Shown: positions 17,124 through 26,743 of the stretch, piece after piece
Numbering within the stretch: the stretch's first letter is position 1
Layout: every line of letters begins with the position of its first letter
Source of the DNA: Candidatus Pacearchaeota archaeon
GTDB taxonomy: Archaea > Nanobdellota > Nanobdellia > Pacearchaeales > GW2011-AR1
Length of the DNA stretch: 64,000 nucleotides
Assembly: GCA_017608705.1 (NCBI GenBank)
Contig: JAFCFJ010000008.1
Coordinates: forward strand, 465-64,464
Reading direction: 5' to 3'
Translations under genes and position numbers: made by a program
The notes under the pieces: generated by a model
Database searches by the model: none
What the model saw: only the letters and a program-made list of their open reading frames with translations
Told to the model about the DNA's origin: nothing

Positions 17124-18464
17124 ATGAAACACAGGATAGAGAGTGATGGGGAGGGCAATGCAAAGAGCAAGGGGAAGGATGATGCCAGGAGGAAGGAAGC
17201 AAAACCCGGCGACAAAGTATGCGTTATAACACCGAAAGAAGAGATCGAGGGCTTGCTTCTCGAGAGTTTCGAGCCTGGCATAACTCTTGTCAAGCTTCCA
17301 TCTGGCTACAATATCGGGCTAAGGAATGAAGATATACTTGAGATCAAAGTTCTTGAGGGGCGAGAGAAGCGAGAGGAAAAAATCGAAAAGTTGAGTCGCA
17401 GGAAAGGTTTGGCTAATGTAGCTATGATCGCTACAGGTGGCACAATCTCATCGAGACTTGATCCAGCTACAGGTGGAGTTAAATGGCTGACCTCACCGCA
17501 AGAACTGATAAGGCTTTTTCCGGAAATTGCAGAGAGTGTTAATATTGTTAGCATAGAGAGCCCGTTCAGGCTTGCATCAGAGAATATGTCGCCTGATGAA
17601 TGGAAAGTTCTGGCTGAAAAAACCGCTTTATTGCTTAATAAGCAAGATGTTGATGGCGTGATCATTACGCATGGAACAGATTTTTTGCATTACAGCTCTG
17701 CAGCTCTTTCGTTCATGCTTCGTAATCTTAACAAACCCGTCGTCTTTACATATGCGCAAAGGAGTATAGATAGAGGGAGTTCTGACGCTAAGCTTAACCT
17801 ATTATGCTCGGCAAGAGTTGCATGCAGTAATATTGCCGAGGTTGTGTTGGTTGGTCATGCGACTCTTTCAGATGATTATTGTTATGCAATCTTTGGCACC
17901 AAAGCAAGAAAAATGCATTCTTCACGGCGGGACGCATTTCAAAGCATTAATGCTCAGCCTCTTGCAAGGGTATGGCCTGACAAGCTTGAGATTTTACAAG
18001 CTTACAGAAAGAAAGATGTGAGCAAAGAGGTTAAGGCTGATACCTCGTTTTGTAAGAAAATAGCTCTGGTTAAATTTTACCCAGGACAAAAGCCAGACAT
18101 TCTTGAGTATTATTTTGCTGAGGGCTATCGTGGTGTAGTTATCGAGGGTAGTGGGCTTGGTCATGTTGCGTCGAGCGAGGTTAAGCATAGTTGGTTGCCA
18201 GCAATACGCAAGCTGGTCAGGGATGGTGTGGTTGTATGTATGACAACGCAAACAATTTATGGCAGGGTTGATCCTTATGTGTATAGTCCTGGTCGCGAAC
18301 TGCTCAAGGCTGGTGTGCTTTACCTTAATGACATGCTTCCAGAGACAGCATTTGTCAAGCTGGGCTGGGTTCTTGGTCATAAGCAATGGCGCACTCCTGA
18401 GAAGGCAAGAGAAATGATGCTTCATAATTTTGCGCATGAGTTTAGTGATAGGCTTGTTCCCTGA
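17124..18464 (+). CDS. gatD: Glu-tRNA(Gln) amidotransferase subunit D (asparaginase-like)
   Basis: 446 aa. GatD N-terminal domain (KVCVITPKEEIEGLLLE), then an L-asparaginase fold with IATGGTISS and HGTDF motifs. Confidence 0.9.
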   Translation: MKHRIESDGEGNAKSKGKDDARRKEAKPGDKVCVITPKEEIEGLLLESFEPGITLVKLPSGYNIGLRNEDILEIKVLEGREKREEKIEKLSRRKGLANVAMIATGGTISSRLDPATGGVKWLTSPQELIRLFPEIAESVNIVSIESPFRLASENMSPDEWKVLAEKTALLLNKQDVDGVIITHGTDFLHYSSAALSFMLRNLNKPVVFTYAQRSIDRGSSDAKLNLLCSARVACSNIAEVVLVGHATLSDDYCYAIFGTKARKMHSSRRDAFQSINAQPLARVWPDKLEILQAYRKKDVSKEVKADTSFCKKIALVKFYPGQKPDILEYYFAEGYRGVVIEGSGLGHVASSEVKHSWLPAIRKLVRDGVVVCMTTQTIYGRVDPYVYSPGRELLKAGVLYLNDMLPETAFVKLGWVLGHKQWRTPEKAREMMLHNFAHEFSDRLVP

Positions 18465-18471
18465 TTCTGGG

Positions 18472-18984
18472 TCACAATCTAAGCTTTGTCAAATAGAAGC
18501 CAGAGCTGTGTGGAATCATGAGCAAGCGCATGCCAAGAATATCGATCTCTTTTCCGCATGGCATATATTTTATACCTTTCTTTTCGAGCTGTTTTTTATT
18601 TCTTACAATTAGCATTCCGAGGGCTTCATATTCGGCATCTATCAATTCAATTCCTCTCCTCAGTCTGAAATATGGATGGTAATCCACAATTATCGTTTCG
18701 TCTTCACTTTGAATTTCGAGCCATGAGTGCAGGACAGCTTTATGTGTTGCTGCGAGATATTCTTTCAAGTACTTTTCTGCTTCCTTTTGTTTTTGGCATA
18801 TTATGTGCAAGAGAGAAGAGAGCTTGTATATCGTTATGCCATCTTTCACTTCCACATTTTCATAGCCAGCTCTTTTCAAATATGGCTGTAGTATTCTTGC
18901 AGCCTCGTGACATCTCAACCCATCATCCAGAGATGCTGTAGCCTTCTTGACCAGATTTTCCAATCTTTCATATTTCTTTGCCAT
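18472..18984 (-). CDS. Hypothetical protein (170 aa)
   Basis: Clean ORF convergent with gatD. No motif recognised. Confidence 0.4.
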   Translation of the reverse strand: MAKKYERLENLVKKATASLDDGLRCHEAARILQPYLKRAGYENVEVKDGITIYKLSSLLHIICQKQKEAEKYLKEYLAATHKAVLHSWLEIQSEDETIIVDYHPYFRLRRGIELIDAEYEALGMLIVRNKKQLEKKGIKYMPCGKEIDILGMRLLMIPHSSGFYLTKLRL

Positions 18985-19027
18985 TTTGCCTTAATTTTGT
19001 AGTGATAACATAAACCATAAATATTTT

Positions 19028-19393
19028 GTGCTGTTTAAAAATATTATGCATGGCAAGAGTATCGCTATCATTATATTTGTGCTTTTCGTGCTTCTTGTGG
19101 TGGGGGTAGTTGCCTTTATGTTTCACCGAGCAGAGCCAGAGAATTTTGAACAACAAATTATTCAGTCAGCCCTCAAGCTTTACAATCAGGCCAAGGCCCA
19201 GGGCATAAATTTTTCGAGCCAGTGTTTGGGCACAATAGAGGTGCAAGGTATAAGCTATGCTGTTGATATCGTGCATGTTCCGCGTAGCCCTATAGATAAT
19301 CTGCCAGAAAATCAATGTAAGGAGTATAGGGAAGGCAAGGTCAGACATTTTATCGAGCTGGATAAAGAAGGCAATGTGGTAAGAATAGTTTAG
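19028..19393 (+). CDS. Small membrane-anchored hypothetical protein
   Basis: N-terminal TM helix IAIIIFVLFVLLVVGVVAF, followed by a ~90-aa soluble domain. Confidence 0.4.
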   Translation: MLFKNIMHGKSIAIIIFVLFVLLVVGVVAFMFHRAEPENFEQQIIQSALKLYNQAKAQGINFSSQCLGTIEVQGISYAVDIVHVPRSPIDNLPENQCKEYREGKVRHFIELDKEGNVVRIV

Positions 19394-19413
19394 TCGTCTG
19401 TAACTTTTAAGTA

Positions 19414-20199
19414 GTGAAAAATAGAAAGATTTATAAATTTGAAATATGTTTGATTATCATGCCTACAAAAGCTTTTGAGGAGCGGTTTTACGGTTGTTTG
19501 TCGAAAAAATGTAAAATATTAAATACGAATTTGGAGGATGCTATATTCGTATTTGATACTAGTGCTTTTGTTTTATTGGATAGGGAGCTAAAGAACAAAT
19601 GCCCTGATTTCCTGGATACTTTCTATACTCAAACTAACAATATATTTATTCCTCGTCCGGTAATAGACGAATTGGTTTACCATAACGGTAGGGGTAAGAG
19701 TAATCCAGGAATTCAAAAGATCCGCGATGATACCTTGGTTTATGTTTGTGGAATAACTGGAACTTCTAGCCACAAAAATCTCGAAAAAGAAATAGAAGCG
19801 GTCTATGACGAAATGTGTAAGATCCATTTTAGCATATGCTTACTTTTGCCTACAATAGCAAAAGAATATGAGAGAAGAAATGTTTCTCATGTCGCCTATC
19901 GCCATAAAACTATCGTCGGGAGATTTGGTGATAGAAAGTCTTTAAGGACAGATATAGAAGTGGTATTTTCCGCATATCTTCTAAAATCTGTGTATCCTGA
20001 TAGGCATGTTTTACTTGTCACAGGCGATCAGCACCTGCTTTGCACAGTTCATCATCTTAATGAGGAGGGCAGATTCAAAAAGAAATATAATGGAGACGAA
20101 GTGAAGATTACTGTGGAGCGTGTTGATATAAAAACATTAGATCCAAATAATCCTTGTCATCAAAATAAATGCTATTTTAAGTTCGAGCGTGATGAATAA
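19414..20199 (+). CDS. PIN-domain nuclease with a large internal insertion (AT-rich islet, gene 1)
   Basis: IFVFDTSAFVLL (first PIN Asp), PVIDEL, TDIEVV, and LLVTGDQHLL (distal PIN Asp motif). GC is visibly lower than the flanks. A more likely start is the internal ATG at MPTKAFEE (~19462). Confidence 0.6.
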   Translation: MKNRKIYKFEICLIIMPTKAFEERFYGCLSKKCKILNTNLEDAIFVFDTSAFVLLDRELKNKCPDFLDTFYTQTNNIFIPRPVIDELVYHNGRGKSNPGIQKIRDDTLVYVCGITGTSSHKNLEKEIEAVYDEMCKIHFSICLLLPTIAKEYERRNVSHVAYRHKTIVGRFGDRKSLRTDIEVVFSAYLLKSVYPDRHVLLVTGDQHLLCTVHHLNEEGRFKKKYNGDEVKITVERVDIKTLDPNNPCHQNKCYFKFERDE

Positions 20200-20202
20200 A
20201 AA

Positions 20203-21093
20203 ATGAGAAAACCAACTCTTGAAGACAAAGTAGAGTTTGTAGATTATGGGAAGATTCCTTATCTAGAGACTTCTCTGGAAATATTAGATAATCCTGTTGT
20301 TATATTTGAGAAGCTTGATGGCTCAAATGTTCAGGTCAGAAAATATGGCGAGAAGGTTTTGCTTGGAACAAGAAGCAATTTTCTGAATGAGAAGAATATA
20401 AGAGCTATATGGATGTGGGATTTTTTAAGATGGGGGAGAAAATACAAAGATATTCTTTCCAGAATTCCGGACAATGTTATTATTTTCGGTGAGTGGGTAG
20501 CAAATCAGCATGTTTTGGATTATGATTGGGACAAGATAAATAAATTCTATTTTATCGATATTGCTTATGTTGGCTCAAATGGTAAGTTAATCTTTTATGA
20601 TTACTCTGAAGCTAAAGATTATCTTTCTTTTTGGGGAATGAACGAAATTATGGAGATTCTTTCTCCGATTGCAAAAGGTAAGTTTTCGTTTGATGAAATA
20701 AAAAAATTAGCTAACCAGAGAAGTCAATTAGTTAAAAGGGAAAAGAATTTACTCTATGATGGGAAGATGGAGGGAGTAGTGATTAAAGATTATATAAACC
20801 AGAGATTCGTTAAGTACCTTAATCCAGAATTTTCAGAGATTAGGATCGAAGAAAATAAAGCACATCGATATTTGAATGAAAATCGATTTAGGAAAGTAGC
20901 AGCCAAAATTTTTGAAAAATACGGAAAGGTTGTTTTGAATGATCTTATTGCGGCTCTTAGAAGTGATATTTATGAAGAAACAGGAGAATGTATCAGTATT
21001 GGGGCTATTCTTGGAGAAATTAGAATAAATGACTGGCATAAGAAGTACGAGAAGAAGTATAATATTCAGAGATGGTACAATCCTCAGATTTAA
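20203..21093 (+). CDS. ATP-dependent RNA ligase, Rnl2-like nucleotidyltransferase (AT-rich islet, gene 2)
   Basis: Motif I at IFEKLDGSNVQV (K37, as for T4 Rnl2 K35). Motif III IIFGEWVANQHVLDY. Motif IIIa YFIDIAYV. Motif IV EGVVIKDY. Motif V FVKYLN. There is no N-terminal OB domain. 296 aa. Starts 4 nt after the PIN gene stop. Confidence 0.65.
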   Translation: MRKPTLEDKVEFVDYGKIPYLETSLEILDNPVVIFEKLDGSNVQVRKYGEKVLLGTRSNFLNEKNIRAIWMWDFLRWGRKYKDILSRIPDNVIIFGEWVANQHVLDYDWDKINKFYFIDIAYVGSNGKLIFYDYSEAKDYLSFWGMNEIMEILSPIAKGKFSFDEIKKLANQRSQLVKREKNLLYDGKMEGVVIKDYINQRFVKYLNPEFSEIRIEENKAHRYLNENRFRKVAAKIFEKYGKVVLNDLIAALRSDIYEETGECISIGAILGEIRINDWHKKYEKKYNIQRWYNPQI

Positions 21094-21117
21094 AAATCTT
21101 AGTTTCTCTTTGTTTTC

Positions 21118-22554
21118 ATGCCAAACATAAAGCTGAAAGCCGGCTTGGAGATACATCAGCAGCTCGATACAGGAAAGCTTTTCTGCCGTTGTAAGAGCAT
21201 TTTACGTAAGGACAAGCCAGATTTTATCGTGACACGCAAGTTGCACGCTGTTCCTGGCGAGACTGGCGAGATCGATGAAGCTGCATTGTTTGAGCATCTC
21301 CGTGACCGAGAGTTTGTATATGAAGGTTACTATGATAACACCTGCCTGGTTGAGCTTGATGAAGAACCGCCGCGTGAAATAAATAAGGAGGCGTTGGAGA
21401 TAGCATTACAAATTGCTTTGTTACTTAACTGCAAGATTCTGCCTGTGACACAGATAATGCGTAAGACAGTGCTTGATGGAAGCAATGTTTCTGGCTTTCA
21501 GCGTACTGTTTTGATAGCTAAGGATGGCTATGTAGAGACAAGCTATGGCAAGATTGGTATCGCTACTATTTGCCTAGAGGAAGATGCGGCAAGAATCGTG
21601 AGGCGTGAGGACAAGCGTGTTGTGTATAGGCTTGACAGGCTTGGCATACCACTTGTGGAGATAGCTACAAAGCCAGAAATAAAATATGCAAGACAGGCGA
21701 GAGAAGTTGCATTGCATATAGGTGAAGTGCTGCGTGCCTGCAAGGTGCGTCGCGGTATTGGAACGATACGGCAGGATGTTAATCTTTCCGTTAATGTTGA
21801 TGGTAAGCAAGGCGCAAGAATAGAGATCAAGGGTGTGCAAGAGCCAAGGCTTATAGAAAAGACAATAGAAACTGAGGTAAGAAGGCAGGTGGAGCTTATC
21901 GCAAAGGGGGAGAGCAAGCCAGAAGTGCGGAAAGCATTGCCGGATGGCACAACAGAATTTCTTAGGCCTTTGCCCGGTGCCGCGAGAATGTACCCAGAGA
22001 CAGACTTGCCATTGTTGAAAATACCTAGAGAGTTAGTAGACAGCATAAGACATGCGCTGCCGAGACTAAAGCATGAGATGAGGCAAGAGCTTGAGAAGCA
22101 AGGCCTGAATAAGGAACTAATTAAGGTGTTGCTTGATAGCGGAAAGCTTGATGATTATAAGGAATTACTGCGTGTGTATAATAAACCAGACTTCGTGGCC
22201 AAGCTCGTGGCTCTCTGGCCACGCGAATTAGCGAGCCAGGCCAGCATTTCAGTAGAGGACGTTGAGAGTAAGATTAATAATGATATCAAAGCAAAATTGC
22301 TCGAGACAGTGAAGCAAGGAAAGCTTGATGAAAGTCTTGTCAAGCAGGTCATGCAGGCTGTGCTTGATGGCAAACCTCTGGAGGAAGCTATGAAAATTGA
22401 AAAGCCAGAAAACCTCGAGGAAGAAATTATGAAGCTTGTTAAGGAAAAGCCAGGTCTTAGCATTAATGCTTACATGGGCCTTATTATGTCAAGATTCAGG
22501 GGAAAGGTTAGTGGCAAGGAAGCTGCAGAAATTCTTAAAAAGATCCTTTCATAG
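21118..22554 (+). CDS. gatE: Glu-tRNA(Gln) amidotransferase subunit E (GatB/GatE family). At 478 aa it is shorter than the ~620-aa GatE from memory.
   Basis: GLEIHQQLDTGKLFCRC, CLVELDEEPP, GAARMYPETDLP (GatE-type, where GatB has ADYRYFPEPDLP), and a C-terminal GatB/YqeY-like tail. It is the partner of gatD, 2.6 kb upstream. Confidence 0.75.
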   Translation: MPNIKLKAGLEIHQQLDTGKLFCRCKSILRKDKPDFIVTRKLHAVPGETGEIDEAALFEHLRDREFVYEGYYDNTCLVELDEEPPREINKEALEIALQIALLLNCKILPVTQIMRKTVLDGSNVSGFQRTVLIAKDGYVETSYGKIGIATICLEEDAARIVRREDKRVVYRLDRLGIPLVEIATKPEIKYARQAREVALHIGEVLRACKVRRGIGTIRQDVNLSVNVDGKQGARIEIKGVQEPRLIEKTIETEVRRQVELIAKGESKPEVRKALPDGTTEFLRPLPGAARMYPETDLPLLKIPRELVDSIRHALPRLKHEMRQELEKQGLNKELIKVLLDSGKLDDYKELLRVYNKPDFVAKLVALWPRELASQASISVEDVESKINNDIKAKLLETVKQGKLDESLVKQVMQAVLDGKPLEEAMKIEKPENLEEEIMKLVKEKPGLSINAYMGLIMSRFRGKVSGKEAAEILKKILS

Positions 22555-22563
22555 GCTTGAAAA

Positions 22564-23904
22564 ATGGCAAAAGAAAAAGCAAGCAAGAAGCACGAGGCAG
22601 AGAGAAGATTCTTTACAGCAGAGATAACTCCAGCTATGGATGGCCAGAGCGTGTTGTTGAAAGGCTGGCTTTACGATTTGCGCGATATAGGCAAAATCAG
22701 ATTTTTGATTTTGCGCGATAAGGAAGGTTTTATACAAGTTACTGCAAAGAAAGGCTTAACGAGTGATGCTGTGCTTGAACTTATGAAAGAAATTCCCAGA
22801 GAGAGCGTTATAGCTGTGCGCGGTGTTGTAAAAAAAAGTGAGCAAGCGCCTGGTGGTGTGGAAATAGTTCCAGAGAGTGTTGAGATTATAAACAAGGCGT
22901 TGGAAGTGCCGCCGATAGATCTTACGGAAAGAAGCAAAACAGATTTGAGCAAGAGGCTGGATTGGCGTTTTCTTGACACGAGGCGCAAGAATATAGCACC
23001 CATCTTCAAGGTTCGCTCCAAAATTTACAAAGCTATCGTAAATTTCTTTGATAGTAAGGGCTTTATCAATATCAACACACCAAAACTGACAACACTTGGC
23101 CTTGAGTCGGGGGCAGAGAGCTTTGCTGTTGAGTACTTCGATAAGAAAGCGTGGCTTGCGCAGAGTCCACAGTTCTATAAACAGATGTTTGTTATCGGCG
23201 GTTTCGAGCGTGTTTATGAGATTGCTCCTGTGTTCCGCGCAGAGAAATCACACACAACAAGACATCTCACGGAATTTACCGGCGTAGATTTTGAGATGGG
23301 CTTTATCGAGAGCGAGCATGATGTTATGGATGTAATTGAGGAGATGATGAAGTATGTGATAGAGAGAGTGAGCAAGGAGGCATCGAGAGAGCTTGAGCAA
23401 CTCAATGTTAAGCTGAAAGTGCCAGATAAGATACCGAGGATAAGCATGAAAGAGGCAAAGGAAATGCTCGCCGAGAGAGGTAAAGAGCTTGACGAGGACG
23501 ATGATCTTGATGCTGAAGCAGAGAAACTTTTATGCGAGATCGTTAAGGAAAAATACAATGAGGAGCTTGTTTTTGTCACATTGTTCCCTTGGAGCAAAAG
23601 ACCTTTTTATCATATGAGGCCAGAAAACAACCCTAATGTGACGAAAAGCTTCGATTTGCTTTGGAACGGTCTCGAGGTCTCGACAGGTTCGCAACGTGAG
23701 CATAGGCTTGAGGTCTTGCGGAAACAAGCAGAGGAAAAAGGTGTGAAACTCGATAGCATTTATGCTGCATTGTTCAAATACGGGGCACCGCCACATGGGG
23801 GTGCAGGCTTCGGGCTTGACAGGCTTACACAATCAATGCTAAGACTTGAGAATGTTCGCGAAGCCCTACTTTTGCCTCGTGACCCTGAGAGAATTAGACC
23901 ATAG
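22564..23904 (+). CDS. aspS: Aspartyl-tRNA synthetase, archaeal type
   Basis: 446 aa. N-terminal OB anticodon-binding domain. Class II motifs FRAE (PVFRAEKSHTTRHLTEFTGVDFEM) and GGAGFGLDRL. Confidence 0.95.
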   Translation: MAKEKASKKHEAERRFFTAEITPAMDGQSVLLKGWLYDLRDIGKIRFLILRDKEGFIQVTAKKGLTSDAVLELMKEIPRESVIAVRGVVKKSEQAPGGVEIVPESVEIINKALEVPPIDLTERSKTDLSKRLDWRFLDTRRKNIAPIFKVRSKIYKAIVNFFDSKGFININTPKLTTLGLESGAESFAVEYFDKKAWLAQSPQFYKQMFVIGGFERVYEIAPVFRAEKSHTTRHLTEFTGVDFEMGFIESEHDVMDVIEEMMKYVIERVSKEASRELEQLNVKLKVPDKIPRISMKEAKEMLAERGKELDEDDDLDAEAEKLLCEIVKEKYNEELVFVTLFPWSKRPFYHMRPENNPNVTKSFDLLWNGLEVSTGSQREHRLEVLRKQAEEKGVKLDSIYAALFKYGAPPHGGAGFGLDRLTQSMLRLENVREALLLPRDPERIRP

Positions 23905-23959
23905 TTAGAGATGCTTGCAAGCAAGAAATCTTTTTAAATTGCCCTTCTTTTAGCTTAGT

Positions 23960-24403
23960 ATGAAGGTTAAAGAGGTGATGAAGAAACGCGTTGTATATGT
24001 TAAGCCAGAAGATAATCTACGCAAGGCTATGAAGCTAATGACGAAAAACGGTGTGAGTGGTTTGGCTGTGATAGAAGACAAACGCATCATAGGTGTGCTG
24101 AGCATAAGCGATATTCTCAACGCAACAAGGCTCAAGTTCAGTAAGTCAAGTGATCCACTTTTTGCCTTGCTCGTTGCTACAATAAAGAAAAAGGACATAG
24201 AGAAGAAAATGCGATATCTCGAGAGTTTGAAAGTAGCTGATGTTATGGTAAAAAAGCCGATAACTATAAATGAGGATGAGAATGTAGAAAAAGCGATTGA
24301 AAAAATGTGTAAGGAAGATATTAACAGAGTGTTCGTGGTGAACAAGAGGAATGAGCTTGTTGGTGTTGTGGCAAGAATTGACATAATAAAGGCTCTTGCT
24401 TGA
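23960..24403 (+). CDS. CBS-domain pair protein
   Basis: 147 aa. Two CBS repeats (VMKKRVVYVKPEDNL...GLAVIED, and VMVKKPITINEDENV...RVFVVNK). Confidence 0.8.
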   Translation: MKVKEVMKKRVVYVKPEDNLRKAMKLMTKNGVSGLAVIEDKRIIGVLSISDILNATRLKFSKSSDPLFALLVATIKKKDIEKKMRYLESLKVADVMVKKPITINEDENVEKAIEKMCKEDINRVFVVNKRNELVGVVARIDIIKALA

Positions 24404-26255
24404 AATGGCATCATTGAAGCGCGAGATAGGTTTTGCTGCTCTGCTTTTAATAAGTATTAATGCTGTTATGGGTACCGGGTTATTTTTTCAGCCAGCTATA
24501 GCTGCCAGGATCGCTGGTTTGGCTTCATTGTTTTCATGGATTTTTATCGGGATTGTTGCCTTGCTTATGGCTCACTATCTTGCATGTCTTGCAGGCATGT
24601 TTCCTCGTGCAGGTGGTATCTATGAGTATGTAAAGCAAGCTTTCTCACAGCGTGAAGCCTTTCTTGCTGGGTGGTCTGCTTGGATCGTGGCTAACATAAC
24701 AATTGCCATGCTTATCGTTGGCTCCCTTATGTATGTCATGCCAAATGCAAGCCAGCTTGTCCGCTTGCTCACTGCTTTTTCTTTTGTTGCTTTGTTTAGT
24801 GTTGTGAGCTATTTTGGTATAAGGCAAAGTACAAAGTTAATGCTATTTTTTGGCATAATTACGCTTACAGCCATATTCTTTGTTGTTGTGATAAATTTAC
24901 CTTCTGTTGATTTTTCGCAAGTAAGAAATATTTTCTCAACATCTTTTTCCCGAATTTTCCTTGCTATGTTTTTCATAGTGGAGAGTTTTTTTGGCTGGGA
25001 AACTCTTACATTCTTGGCTGAAGAAATCAAAGGGTCGAGAAAAAACCTTCCGCGTGCTCTTATGATCTCGACAGTTATTGTTGTTTTGATAGCTTGGCTT
25101 TATGTTGCTTCTACTTTACTTAGTATTAATCTCGAAACTTTTTCGTTGCAGAACGCACCCGTTAATTTTGTTGTTGCTCAAAGGCTAGGTGCAAGAATTG
25201 CAAAGCTATTTTCTTTTTTCCTTTTCATACCTTTGGTTGGCACGGCAGCAAGCTGGATTGTTTCCTCGCCTCGCTTACTTTTAGCAATGGCACGCGATAA
25301 TTTGTTTGTTCCTGGCCTCGAGAAAATACATCCTAAGTACAAGACACCATACCGGGCTATTTTGTTTCAGGCGATAGCGTCATGTTTGATCATAGCCTTG
25401 GGTTTTGCTAATTACGTACTTATTTTGCAACTTTTGCTTCCTCTTGCTCTTTTCACTTATTCTTTTGCTCTACTTGCTTTGCTTAAAATAAGGCTGGCTA
25501 GGAACAGAAAATTTGACAAAATAAGGAAGGCGGCAGGACCATCGTTTCTTATTATTTTCTTTTTTACAGTAATTGTATTTTGGCTTTTTTACGAGAACTC
25601 ATGGAGTATTTTCGCTTTGAGCACAGTACTTATTTTGTTGGGCTATCCTGCCTATACTGTTGTCAAGCTTCAGGATTTTAGGTTCAGGGAAAGATTTTTC
25701 GAGCGCATCTCCTTTGTATATCCGGTCTTGAGCAAAATTTTTTACAGCAAAGCTGATGTGGGCATGATGATAGAGAACGCAAGCATAAAATCAAGCGATG
25801 TGGTGCTTGATTATGGTTTTGCTGGCTTGAACATAGATGAGCTGAGCAAAAAACTTAGCAAGGGGATGCTTGTTATCGCTGATGTTTCCATGCGCAGAAT
25901 TGCCGAAGCTATAAGGATTGCGGAAAAAAAGAAGCTCGAGAATGTGTTTTTCATAAAAGAGGACAAGCTATTGGAGCTTGATAATGCCTTCGACTGTATT
26001 CTTTCGATTGGCATTCTTTCATATTACAGGAATCCAGGAGAAATCCTTGAATTTTTCAGAAAAATTGCTAAAAAAGGCGCACGCATTAGCTTGATAGATT
26101 TTGGCCGGAGCTTCATATGGCCAGCCCCACCACAACTTTCTTCGAGAGAAAAGCTGAGGCGTTTGCTCAAAAAAGCAAGTTTTAGCGAGATAAAGATTTT
26201 CGAAAAAAATAAATTTTTTACGCACTATTATTTTGTTAGCGCGGTGGTAAAATGA
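24396..26255 (+). CDS. APC-family amino-acid permease fused to a C-terminal methyltransferase-like (degenerate Rossmann) domain
   Basis: 619 aa. About 12 TM helices at the N-terminus (~430 aa). The C-terminal ~190 aa has VLDYGFAG (motif I-like), IADVSMRR, FDCILSIGILSY, and AKKGARISLIDF. Confidence 0.7.
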   Translation: MLEMASLKREIGFAALLLISINAVMGTGLFFQPAIAARIAGLASLFSWIFIGIVALLMAHYLACLAGMFPRAGGIYEYVKQAFSQREAFLAGWSAWIVANITIAMLIVGSLMYVMPNASQLVRLLTAFSFVALFSVVSYFGIRQSTKLMLFFGIITLTAIFFVVVINLPSVDFSQVRNIFSTSFSRIFLAMFFIVESFFGWETLTFLAEEIKGSRKNLPRALMISTVIVVLIAWLYVASTLLSINLETFSLQNAPVNFVVAQRLGARIAKLFSFFLFIPLVGTAASWIVSSPRLLLAMARDNLFVPGLEKIHPKYKTPYRAILFQAIASCLIIALGFANYVLILQLLLPLALFTYSFALLALLKIRLARNRKFDKIRKAAGPSFLIIFFFTVIVFWLFYENSWSIFALSTVLILLGYPAYTVVKLQDFRFRERFFERISFVYPVLSKIFYSKADVGMMIENASIKSSDVVLDYGFAGLNIDELSKKLSKGMLVIADVSMRRIAEAIRIAEKKKLENVFFIKEDKLLELDNAFDCILSIGILSYYRNPGEILEFFRKIAKKGARISLIDFGRSFIWPAPPQLSSREKLRRLLKKASFSEIKIFEKNKFFTHYYFVSAVVK

Positions 26256-26449
26256 TGCACATATGGCATGGTGTGAAAACAAGAACGAGGAAAGCGGTTT
26301 CGCCAGTTGTTGGTTTCATAACCACGCTTATGTTGCTTGCCATTATCGCATTGCTTGCTTTCGTTTTCCTTGTGTTTTCTCGTGTTGTGGCTCACTGAGC
26401 AAAGCAGGATGTTGGCAAGCTTTATAAATTTCTTTCTCCTGCTCTGAAC

Positions 26450-26743
26450 ATGGACTTTCTATGGCATAGAGTTAGCAAGGAAGAGCGAGAAGAAATAAAG
26501 CAAGAGGCAAAGGCTATTATGGACAGGTTTGTTAATGCACTGGAGAGAGCGGGTATCAGCGATATTGCTGAGGAAGGCTTTCTGGAGCGCGAGAGCTTTG
26601 AGCGTGATGAAATGCATACGGAAAAGAGACGCGAGGAAGAAAAGGACAGGGGTAAGCGCGAGAACGGGTTTCGTGATTTAATGTTCCAGAATGCTAAAAA
26701 AGTTAAAGATGGCTTCATCGTGGCTGAGAAGAAAAAATGGTAA
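26450..26743 (+). CDS. gatC: Glu/Asp-tRNA amidotransferase subunit C, putative
   Basis: 97 aa. VSKEEREEIKQEAKAI N-terminal helix, and a C-terminal NAKKVKDGFIVAEKK resembling the GatC NAP..dGyfkVP end. Its 3' end overlaps the gatA start by 7 nt. Confidence 0.55.
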   Translation: MDFLWHRVSKEEREEIKQEAKAIMDRFVNALERAGISDIAEEGFLERESFERDEMHTEKRREEEKDRGKRENGFRDLMFQNAKKVKDGFIVAEKKKW

